5,947 bases of DNA from Candidatus Caldarchaeales archaeon (GCA_032249095.1 JAVVGN010000107.1:1-5947); one strand, 5' to 3'. Numbered from the stretch's first letter, positions 1 through 5,491 are shown. Numbers and translations: made by a program. The notes: generated by a model from the letters alone, not told the origin.

Positions 1-223
1 AATCAACGTCTACAGCGGACCACACATATACATAGGATTTCTTGACACGTAGCTTAGTCTCATCAACAGCTATACACCTCCTATACCTAGGCTCCCTAGC
101 GACCCTGATTTTAGATACCTTCTTGGCGAGGTAGTGGACGGCAGACTTGCTTATAGGCTCCAAACCCATGCTAAGGACCCTAGAGACCCTCCTACAGCTA
201 CCATGGAACATGTAGTCCAACAC
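1..223 (-). CDS. IS6-like DDE transposase, N-terminal part only; the gene continues past the left window edge
   Basis: My own reverse-strand translation is open from the stop at 233-235 to the window edge. It reads ..AVLDYMFHGSCRRVSRVLSMGLEPISKSAVHYLAKKVSKIRVAREPRYRRCIAVDETKLRVKKSYVYVWSAVDVD. The AVDET..(W)xA(V/I)DVD block parallels VAVDETVLKVNGQTCYLWAAIDVD in the 3293-3622 ORF. Candidate starts are GTG 223, TTG 220 and ATG 211. It is absent from the ORF track because it runs off the edge. Confidence 0.6.
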   Translation of the reverse strand, partial: MLDYMFHGSCRRVSRVLSMGLEPISKSAVHYLAKKVSKIRVAREPRYRRCIAVDETKLRVKKSYVYVWSAVDVD

Positions 224-254
224 TGCTAGGACCTTAACCTCCCTACTTTTTTAT
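1..254 (-). mobile_element. Partial insertion sequence (IS6-like). The right boundary is approximate and the left part lies outside the window.
   Basis: It contains the transposase 5' region. Similarity to repeat-family tails begins abruptly near 255. I could not recognise a terminal inverted repeat, so the boundary is inferred only. Confidence 0.4.
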
Positions 255-426
255 TACGCATAAAACAGCTCGAAACTAGGGCCACAACATCCATAACATA
301 CAAGACAAATCAACAGGCCTTTAAATATAACGCCTTATTTGGACACTATCACTATACGGATACCCAAGACCAAAATACTCGTATGATCGAGGAGGGTGAT
401 AGGCGCGAGTGGGATCCTCGGGCCAA
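255..426 (+). repeat. Repeat-family copy C: tail-only fragment whose 5' part is replaced by the IS at 1-254
   Basis: CACTATACGGATACCCAAG at 350-368 is 19/19 identical to 2743-2761 in copy A. GAAACTAGGGCCACAACATCCATAACATACAAG resembles copy A ACATACTAGGCATAGAGCACAGAAACATCCCAATACAG. AAAATACT at 372-379 matches copy B at 5486-5493. Confidence 0.65.
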
Positions 427-438
427 GTTTAATTTTTA

Positions 439-446
439 TTTATATA
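439..446 (+). promoter_or_regulatory. TATA-box-like element for the histone gene
   Basis: TTTATATA lies inside an AT-rich run (431-447). It is centred about 30 nt upstream of ATG 473, which is the spacing expected for a leaderless or near-leaderless archaeal mRNA. Confidence 0.5.
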
Positions 447-472
447 TGTGTCCAAGCGGGTAATCCTTATTG

Positions 473-694
473 ATGAGCGAGTTCTCAAGCGCGCCGATTC
501 ATCGAATACTCCGGAAAGCAGGTGCACCACGGGTAAGCGAGGAGGCGGTAGAGGAGTTGAGAAAGATCTTGGAGGACATAGGGATGAAGATCGCGGAGCA
601 GGCGATATCCTTGGCCCAGCATGCCGGGCGGCGTACAATCAAGAGGGAAGACATAGAGATAGCTGCACGGATAGTCCTAAAGTCAGCAATATAG
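473..694 (+). CDS. Archaeal histone (HMf-type histone fold)
   Basis: MSEFSSAPIHRILRKAGAPRVSEEAVEELRKILEDIGMKIAEQAISLAQHAGRRTIKREDIEIAARIVLKSAI is about 73 aa. It has the classic AP(I)xRIxxxAGAxRVSxxA ... AxHAGRKTIKxEDIExA pattern. The track starts at TTG 470, and ATG 473 is the next codon. Confidence 0.9.
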   Translation: MSEFSSAPIHRILRKAGAPRVSEEAVEELRKILEDIGMKIAEQAISLAQHAGRRTIKREDIEIAARIVLKSAI

Positions 695-734
695 CTAAAT
701 TGATGGATGAGAGGGAATATCGCGACGAGATGAT

Positions 735-1367
735 ATGTTTAAGGTTATCGTGATAGCACTTCCTGGGGCCGGTAAAACCACCATACTTCAGCGCGTCTCT
801 GAACAAATCAAGGATCTGAAGCTCATCAATTTTGGCGACATTATGTTCGAGGAGGCTCGAAGGTCTTTAGGGATAGCGAGCAGGGACGACATGCGGAGAC
901 TCATGGATTCTGAAAGCTACATCCGGGTCCAGGAGAGGGCAGCAGAGATCATAGGGGGTATGAGTGGAAAGATAGTAATAGACACCCACGCCGCAATAAA
1001 GACTGTAAATGGTTACTATCCTGGACTGCCGCCCACTGTTACAAGGCTTGTAAGGCCTAAGTCTATAATCTTCCTCGAATTTAGACCCGAGGACATAATT
1101 AATAGAAGGATGAAGGACAGTGCCGCCGGTGTCAGGAGGAGAGAGCATGAGAGCATCGAGGAGATCGAGGAGCACCAACGGATAAGCCTGATGTTCGCAG
1201 TTGCCTCGGCCACATACTCATCCTGCTACTTCGTCAAATTCTCACTCAGGTATCCCGAGACATATCCATATCAGCACCTGGACGACGCCGCCTCGAAGCT
1301 AATCCAGTATCTCAAATCGCTGGCGGTAGGGTCTGCGCCCTCACCTAAGGCCGTCGGGCAGCCTTAA
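735..1367 (+). CDS. adkA: Archaeal-type adenylate kinase (AdkA family)
   Basis: It has a P-loop (LPGAGKTT), INFGDIM, and IDTHAAIKTVNGYYPGLP. The last matches the archaeal AK signature IDTHAxIxTxxGYxPGLP. The gene lies 40 nt after the histone stop with no obvious TATA between them, so the two may be co-transcribed. Confidence 0.9.
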   Translation: MFKVIVIALPGAGKTTILQRVSEQIKDLKLINFGDIMFEEARRSLGIASRDDMRRLMDSESYIRVQERAAEIIGGMSGKIVIDTHAAIKTVNGYYPGLPPTVTRLVRPKSIIFLEFRPEDIINRRMKDSAAGVRRREHESIEEIEEHQRISLMFAVASATYSSCYFVKFSLRYPETYPYQHLDDAASKLIQYLKSLAVGSAPSPKAVGQP

Positions 1368-2162
1368 GACCCAGCCTGAAAGGTCGGTGAGTAAAGTTTT
1401 CCTGGCCGCGGCGATGAATACTGTGTGGGCCCGGGAGACGTGGTGGGGCCTAGTCATGCCTTCCTTGACCCTCCACGGCCTAATTAATAGCTCGCCGCTA
1501 AAATACTCCAAAAATCCTGCAGCCCTCAAGGCCTCGCACGTCTTAGTGAGCTGCTCTACCGTTGGAACTATGGCAACAAACATCCCCCCTCCTCGCAGCG
1601 CCCTCTTAGCCTGGTTCACAGCGGTCCACGGCTCCGGGATGTCTGCTATGAAGGCGTCAACATCAGTCTCCTCGACTTCCCTAGATATATCACCCTTCTT
1701 TAAGACAAGTATATCGCCCAGCCCCATCCTCTCAGCCTGCCTCGAAACGGCTGCAAACAGCTCGTCGTTCAAGTCGTAGCTGTACACCTTCCCGGTCGGA
1801 TAAGCATGTGCTGAGAGGAAAAGAGCTAGCACGCCAGTCCCCAGCCCACCCTCTACGATTCTAGATCCAGGCCTAACGTCGGCAAGCACAAGTATAAACC
1901 CGATGTCCTTTGGGTATGTCACTTGGGTCCTTCGCGGAAGCAGCAACAGCTGCTCGAAGAGAGAGGGATGAAAGACCACGCCACGTCTACCCGTGTTGCT
2001 CAGAGCCTCACCACCCTCTTCTAGCCCCACGATGTCGTCAGCCTTGAAGTAGCCGTCCGTCGAATGGAAGAGCTGTCCCTTTCTTATCAGGAAGGAGAAT
2101 CGGTTTCCGGTCTCTGTAACGAGTATTACCCGGTCACCATACTCGAACACCTTGCCCCCCAT
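1341..2162 (-). CDS. trmI: tRNA (adenine-N1)-methyltransferase, TrmI/Gcd14 family (m1A57/58)
   Basis: The protein is 273 aa. It has an N-terminal beta-domain (GDRVILV...), the SAM motif VEGGLGTGVLALFLS, and the family-typical DIPEPW. The 3' end overlaps the adkA 3' end by 27 nt. Confidence 0.88.
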   Translation of the reverse strand: MGGKVFEYGDRVILVTETGNRFSFLIRKGQLFHSTDGYFKADDIVGLEEGGEALSNTGRRGVVFHPSLFEQLLLLPRRTQVTYPKDIGFILVLADVRPGSRIVEGGLGTGVLALFLSAHAYPTGKVYSYDLNDELFAAVSRQAERMGLGDILVLKKGDISREVEETDVDAFIADIPEPWTAVNQAKRALRGGGMFVAIVPTVEQLTKTCEALRAAGFLEYFSGELLIRPWRVKEGMTRPHHVSRAHTVFIAAARKTLLTDLSGWVLRLPDGLR

Positions 2163-2187
2163 CTACTATGAGTCTTGTGGACACGCT

Positions 2188-2197
2188 CAAATTAAAA
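2188..2197 (-). promoter_or_regulatory. TATA-like A/T block, probably the trmI promoter
   Basis: AAATTAAAAA (TTTTTAATTT on the - strand) is centred about 30 nt upstream of the trmI ATG at 2162. It could alternatively fire rightwards into repeat copy A. Confidence 0.4.
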
Positions 2198-2206
2198 AGG
2201 ATGGAG

Positions 2207-2854
2207 TAGAAAAGAGGAAAGAGTGGGGGAGGGGTTGGTTAGTCTATAGGCCTCGGCAGCAAGCCTAGGAACCCCAGACACCAGGATTAGAAACCATCAG
2301 CCCGCCGGAGAAATTCTCCAGCGATTATAATTTGAGAGCCCCCGGTGTATATAGCTCTGGGGTTTTCCCCCTCGCTGTCGGCGACCATCCCCCATCGGAC
2401 GGGACTTACACCCGGCCACGGCCCCTTTGTGCCCCGGGCATATCGGTCCCGCCCTCACCCAACCACCATACAGAACCGATGCTAGAGACGTTACATAAAC
2501 ATTCAGACACCAGACTGAAAATAACGGCCCACCATCCAAGGACATATAAGACCTCAAGGGGACTAATACTGCCAAGAGAAATCTATTACGCCCTAACAAA
2601 CATTAAGGACTTAGAGAAGAAGATAGGAGTAAGGACGAAGAGGTCTAAACAAAAACACATACTAGGCATAGAGCACAGAAACATCCCAATACAGTTGGAT
2701 TTATGGAGCAAAGAGGTAATATTCAGGGAAAAGGACAAACAACACTATACGGATACCCAAGGCCAGAAGAACCATCCAATCATAAAAAACCATCACGGAG
2801 GCAGGAATAGTGGGCCGAGGCGGACTGCGTGACGAAGCCTCGCCGCGGCCCCAC
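2207..2854 (+). repeat. Repeat-family copy A (full module: purine run, G+C-rich structured half, invariant 30-mer, A-rich tail, terminal hairpin)
   Basis: Blocks shared with copy B, in the same order: GGGGGAGGGGTT (2225-2236 vs 4907-4918); GACCATCCC (2383-2391 vs 5176-5184); CATATCGGTC (2439-2448 vs 5232-5241); a 30-mer (2481-2510 vs 5274-5303, 28/30); and GAAGAG(G)TCTAAAC..AAAACAC (2637-2658 vs 5361-5380). The copy ends in a bipartite hairpin at 2810-2854: CGAGGC/GCCTCG inside GTGGG/CCCAC. Confidence 0.8.
2210..2510. ncRNA. Candidate structured RNA of unknown class (G+C-rich half of copy A); transcribed strand unresolved
   Basis: Three helices are supported by compensatory changes against copy B (see findings). 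There is no codon periodicity in the substitutions. The segment is visibly more G+C-rich than the flanking DNA. Confidence 0.5.
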
Positions 2855-2931
2855 CCAAACTTGCCGCAAACTTGCGTATAACTGGCTGAAGGGCCGTATC
2901 CACTCCCTCCCTCGAGGACGAGCTATTAACC

Positions 2932-2939
2932 AATTAATA
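2932..2939 (+). promoter_or_regulatory. TATA-like element upstream of the C/D sRNA candidate
   Basis: AATTAATA is centred about 27 nt upstream of the first base of the predicted terminal stem (2963). Confidence 0.4.
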
Positions 2940-2962
2940 CTGCCTAAACCGTGTACTGGATG

Positions 2963-3022
2963 GAGGCGATGAAGAGTCAGAGTTATGCTGAGGGGTGATT
3001 GTGAGGCATTTGTCTGAGCCTC
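2963..3022 (+). ncRNA. Box C/D sRNA candidate (2'-O-methylation guide)
   Basis: Layout, 5' to 3':
- terminal stem GAGGC (2963-2967) paired with GCCTC (3018-3022)
- a 3-nt bulge
- C box AUGAAGA (2969-2975, 6/7 match to RUGAUGA)
- a 12-nt spacer
- D' CUGA (2988-2991)
- a 3-nt linker
- C' GUGAUUG (2995-3001, degenerate)
- a 12-nt spacer
- D CUGA (3014-3017)
This geometry allows tandem G.A pairs in a k-turn. Confidence 0.55.
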
Positions 3023-3140
3023 TGCCCTCCATTACCCCCATCATGCCAAAGATTCCCGCCTAAACTACTAGCCATATTTTTGCAACCTTTTGACAAATTG
3101 CATTAAGAAAGAGGCCTAAATAGTTTTGAGACCGGTTCAT

Positions 3141-3844
3141 GGGTACTGTCAAGTTGGTATTACCTCTTCTCCTCCTTGCCTGATGATGTTGTGCATTGCT
3201 GCAATAGCAGTTACTAACTCTTCTAGGCTCTTCAGTGTCTTCGCGTTTACGTTGTTGTAGAACCTTTTAGTCCTATTCTTCATCTCCCTGAACTACCTCT
3301 CCATCCTGTTCCTTTTACCGAAGGCCTCGTGGAAGTAGGTTATTCCAAGCCTATCCAATGCCCATCTATACCACGGCCCTCTATCCACAACTATGAGTGG
3401 CTTACATTCACACGGGTCCAATATCTTCCTTAGGAACTTGATTGCGCTTTGAATCCCCCTCCCCCTCGACGCGTATACGGCCAATATCTCGTTGATATCC
3501 ACGTCTATTGCGGCCCAAAGATAACAGGTCTGGCCGTTAACCTTCAGGACAGTCTCATCTACAGCGACCAGCCTCCTACCCTCCTGAACGGCCTGAAGAG
3601 GGAAGAGAACCTGTGAACCCATATCCTGACCGATTCCCTAGACGCGCCGGTTAGACATAGCCTCTCTGAGAGACCCCCTCTAACTAAGGCCCGCTATGAA
3701 GAGAATGACAGAATAGAGCTTCTCGAGAGGAGGGTACCTATGGAACCGAGAGAGACTGGCTAACGAGCTCAGTACCGCATCGATGACGAGCATCACGGCC
3801 AGAGACCCATCCCAAAAGGGCTTAAGTAAAACTTGTCAGTACCC
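3141..3844 (-). mobile_element. Complete small IS6-like insertion sequence (about 704 bp)
   Basis: The terminal inverted repeats are GGGTACTGTCAAGTT (3141-3155) and AACTTGTCAGTACCC (3830-3844, reverse complement GGGTACTGACAAGTT). They match at 14/15 positions and bracket the transposase frame. The flanking 8-mers (CGGTTCAT and AATAACAA) differ, so no target duplication is visible. Confidence 0.7.
3149..3793 (-). pseudogene. IS6-like DDE transposase: one continuous 215-codon frame interrupted by three in-frame TAG codons
   Basis: From ATG 3793 the frame reads MLVIDAVLSSLASLSRFHRYPPLEKLYSVILFIAGLS*RGSLREAMSNRRV*GIGQDMGSQVLF...VAVDETVLKVNGQTCYLWAAIDVD...VVDRGPWY...FGKRNRMER*FREMKNRTKRFYNNVNAKTLKSLEELVTAIAAMHNIIRQGGEEEVIPT, ending at TGA 3149-3151. 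The TAG codons lie at 3680-3682, 3638-3640 and 3293-3295. There are no frameshifts. The track shows only the central 3293-3622 piece. Confidence 0.8.
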
Positions 3845-3860
3845 AATAACAAAAAGAAAC

Positions 3861-3868
3861 TTTAAAAT
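3861..3868 (+). promoter_or_regulatory. TATA box with an A-rich BRE-like upstream run, for the wHTH-membrane gene
   Basis: AAAAAGAAAC-TTTAAAAT. The TATA is centred about 32 nt upstream of the in-frame TTG at 3897 and lies 17 nt outside the IS end at 3844. Confidence 0.5.
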
Positions 3869-3896
3869 TTCGGGGCCGCGAAAAGTTATTCAAGCC

Positions 3897-4853
3897 TTGG
3901 CATCTTCCCCGCAGAACACTTCTTCAGAAGATCTAATATGGCTCGTGAATCATAGGACGCGGAGAAAGATCATACTTGCAATAGGGGATGCGGGGAGGAT
4001 CAGCGCCTCAACTCTTCGCTCAAGCCTGAAGATCAGTACAGGCAGCCTATACTACAATCTGAGGCAGCTTGATCCACTCGTCGCACAGGACAACAAAAGG
4101 AACTACTACTTGACGGAGAAGGGTCTGGCCGTTTACAAGATGCTGAAGGAGGGGGATAGCATGGTCCTGAACAGCTACAAGCCTTCGTCAAGCAGGTTTG
4201 AGAGGATCGTTAGCAACATCTTCTATCCAAGCTGGATCCTCGTGCCAATCCTCGAGAATACGCCGATAGCCCTGATAGTTAGCGCGCTCAGCCTTTTGCT
4301 GACTGTTGCCTTGTTTATAAATGGCAAAGTCTCCCTACTCCTACTTCACGTATACCACTGGCCAAGCTTCGACCTCGCATCCACGACTTTATCAATAGCG
4401 GGGACCGTTCTCATAATGTACTGCTACCTCTCTCTGACGACGCAGCTGTACGACGAGTATAGGAGGCGCAGAATCTTGGGCGAAAGCCAACGCGTTGACG
4501 CTGGGCGTATTAGAAGCTTACTGATTAGCTTGCTCTCCTTTAACGGGCAGTACGTCAAGGCTTTTGCGGCGATATGCATAGGCCTGTTGCCGATGTCCGT
4601 TTATCCTTTCTTGATATTTCTTGGGAGGGTCTGGGGACATAACTTGGTTTACCGGGGAGGCAGCGTAGTACCCGCCTCCCTTGCGGGAAACGTGGCCCTG
4701 GTCGCTGCGCAGATGGCTTGCTTCATTATACTCACAACCGCCACCTCACATATCCGTGGAATAAGGTGGCATATCTCCGCCCTCATCTCCTTCTCACTGA
4801 TATACCTCTCGATCATTCTTCAGTACGTAGTGCTCGGACTATCCTTTCCCTAG
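3897..4853 (+). CDS. Membrane-anchored winged-helix (ArsR/MarR-like) putative transcription regulator; about 5 predicted TM segments
   Basis: The N-terminus NHRTRRKIILAIGDAGRISASTLRSSLKISTGSLYYNLRQLDPLVAQDNKRNYYLTEKGLAVYKML reads as a wHTH. About five long hydrophobic stretches follow, for example PIALIVSALSLLLTVALFI, LSIAGTVLIMYCYLSLT, AFAAICIGLLPMSVYPFLIFLG, GNVALVAAQMACFIILTTA and ISALISFSLIYLSIILQYVVLGL. The track start at ATG 3783 lies inside the IS, so I prefer TTG 3897. GTG 3945 is an alternative. The stop is firm. Confidence 0.7.
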   Translation: MASSPQNTSSEDLIWLVNHRTRRKIILAIGDAGRISASTLRSSLKISTGSLYYNLRQLDPLVAQDNKRNYYLTEKGLAVYKMLKEGDSMVLNSYKPSSSRFERIVSNIFYPSWILVPILENTPIALIVSALSLLLTVALFINGKVSLLLLHVYHWPSFDLASTTLSIAGTVLIMYCYLSLTTQLYDEYRRRRILGESQRVDAGRIRSLLISLLSFNGQYVKAFAAICIGLLPMSVYPFLIFLGRVWGHNLVYRGGSVVPASLAGNVALVAAQMACFIILTTATSHIRGIRWHISALISFSLIYLSIILQYVVLGLSFP

Positions 4854-4892
4854 GGCTGAAGCTACTGAAGCTGATATGAACTATCTCCATGA

Positions 4893-5303
4893 GAAAAGGG
4901 AGAGAAGGGGGAGGGGTTTGGCTGACCATCCGTGCGGCATTTAGGAAACCCTAGAGGAGGCCGTACGTCATTAGATTCGTCGCAACACCCAACAGAGGGT
5001 GCGCGTCATATACTGCATCATGCCAGCCTCCGGGCTTTATCCCTGCGCCGGCATGGCCAGCCTCCCCAAAGGCTCCCAGCCCCGACCCGGGAGCAATTCC
5101 TCAGGGGGATATGGGCGGGGAGGACACTCCCCGGCGGCGCCAGCAGGCGCAGGGAGCATCTCCACTCCCCTCGGGGACCATCCCGCATCAGACGAGACAC
5201 GCATCCGGACACGGCCCATATGTGTGACCGACATATCGGTCTCGCCTTCATCAACGCTACTATCCACATGATGGCTAGAAACGTTACATAAACATTTAGA
5301 CAC
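4893..5303. ncRNA. Candidate structured RNA of unknown class (G+C-rich half of copy B); transcribed strand unresolved
   Basis: It is the paralogue of 2210-2510, and the same three helices can form with compensated substitutions. Four overlapping track ORFs here on both strands are best explained by the scarcity of stop codons in G+C-rich sequence. Confidence 0.5.
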
Positions 5304-5483
5304 AAAGCTGGAAAAAAATAAGGGAACAATCATCTAGGATATATAGGAGTAATAAAAAATGAAGAGTCTAAACCAAAACACCTACCAGGACAAAATGGGA
5401 AATATGGTCATACAACAGGACTCGTGGGGCAACGCGGTAGTATTCGTGGGAAAAGGGCAACTCACGATAGACGGATAACCATG

Positions 5484-5491
5484 TTAAAATA
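5484..5491 (+). promoter_or_regulatory. TATA-like element upstream of rps10, located inside the tail of repeat copy B
   Basis: TTAAAATA is centred about 36 nt upstream of ATG 5524. Confidence 0.4.

Noticed and set aside
429-753. ORFs 448-753 (+) and 429-638 (-) overlapping the histone gene
   Set aside because: These are alternative-frame or antisense shadows of a clearly recognisable histone CDS. Their translations are R/G/P-rich and have no recognisable motifs.
867-1779. Antisense ORFs 867-1178 (-) and 1016-1213 (-) within adkA, and 1387-1779 (+) within trmI
   Set aside because: They lie wholly inside strongly supported genes on the opposite strand and have no motifs.
2300-2345. TCTCCAGCGATTATAATTTGAGAGCCCCC as an origin-recognition-box (ORB)-like element
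   Set aside because: It bears only a loose resemblance to the TCCAGTGGAAA...GGGG consensus as I remember it. The corresponding copy B segment differs, and there is no AT-rich unwinding element or cdc6/orc1 gene nearby.
2210-2510. Identifying the G+C-rich repeat half as RNase P RNA, SRP (7S) RNA, a tRNA-derived SINE, a hammerhead ribozyme or a group II intron domain
   Set aside because: I could not find the conserved signatures on either strand in both copies. The signatures checked were:
- GGAAAGUCC-type CR-I of RNase P RNA
- the GGAA/AGCA helix-8 loops of SRP RNA
- a GGTTCRAATCC T-loop
- a CUGAUGA...GAAA hammerhead core with stem II
Partial matches (ACAGAA and UAAGUCCC in A, UGAUGA and CUGAUG in B) are not shared between the paralogues. 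Two paralogous copies also argue against single-copy housekeeping RNAs. Only a covariance-model search could exclude these fully.
2297-2832. Track ORFs 2297-2599 (-) and 2332-2832 (+) inside repeat copy A
   Set aside because: They overlap each other on opposite strands in G+C-rich or A-rich repeat DNA. The copy B alignment shows substitutions spread evenly over the codon phases (7/5/7). Amino-acid identity (about 50%) is lower than nucleotide identity (about 76%). The plus-strand frame is not preserved in copy B, where a stop occurs in ..ACGTTACATAA... The translations are low-complexity (P/G/R-rich).
2856-2876. Tandem CAAACTTGC repeat (2856-2864 and 2867-2875) resembling the IS inverted-repeat core AAACTTGTCA
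   Set aside because: Only 7 nt are shared with the IS terminus, and the rest of the inverted repeat is absent. The match is too short to call a solo IS end or a binding site.
3783-3896. ATG 3783 as the start of the wHTH-membrane protein (356-aa version)
   Set aside because: Positions 3783-3844 are inside the IS terminal region, including its inverted repeat. A TATA box at 3861-3868 with an in-frame TTG about 30 nt downstream gives a more plausible native start. The possibility is kept only as an IS-fusion scenario in the findings.
2383-5303. Copies A and B as a template/variable repeat pair of a diversity-generating retroelement
   Set aside because: Substitutions are not confined to adenine positions. 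No reverse transcriptase gene is present, and neither copy lies inside a credible CDS.
4932-5333. Four overlapping track ORFs (4932-5291 +, 4999-5271 +, 5018-5329 -, 5037-5333 -) inside repeat copy B
   Set aside because: Four mutually overlapping frames in a G+C-rich segment are what stop-codon scarcity produces. The translations are P/G/R/A-rich and low-complexity. The periodicity argument is the same as for copy A.
5359-5478. 39-aa ORF in the copy B tail (MKSLNQNTYQDKMGNMVIQQDSWGNAVVFVGKGQLTIDG), which shows some residue matches to the copy A frame (IPIQLDLWSKEVIFREKDK)
   Set aside because: Over the 60 aligned nucleotides, mismatches fall 6/8/9 across codon positions 1/2/3, so there is no third-position bias. 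Copy A has no start codon for this frame. Copy C has in-frame stops and a 1-nt length difference. The residue matches follow from nucleotide similarity.
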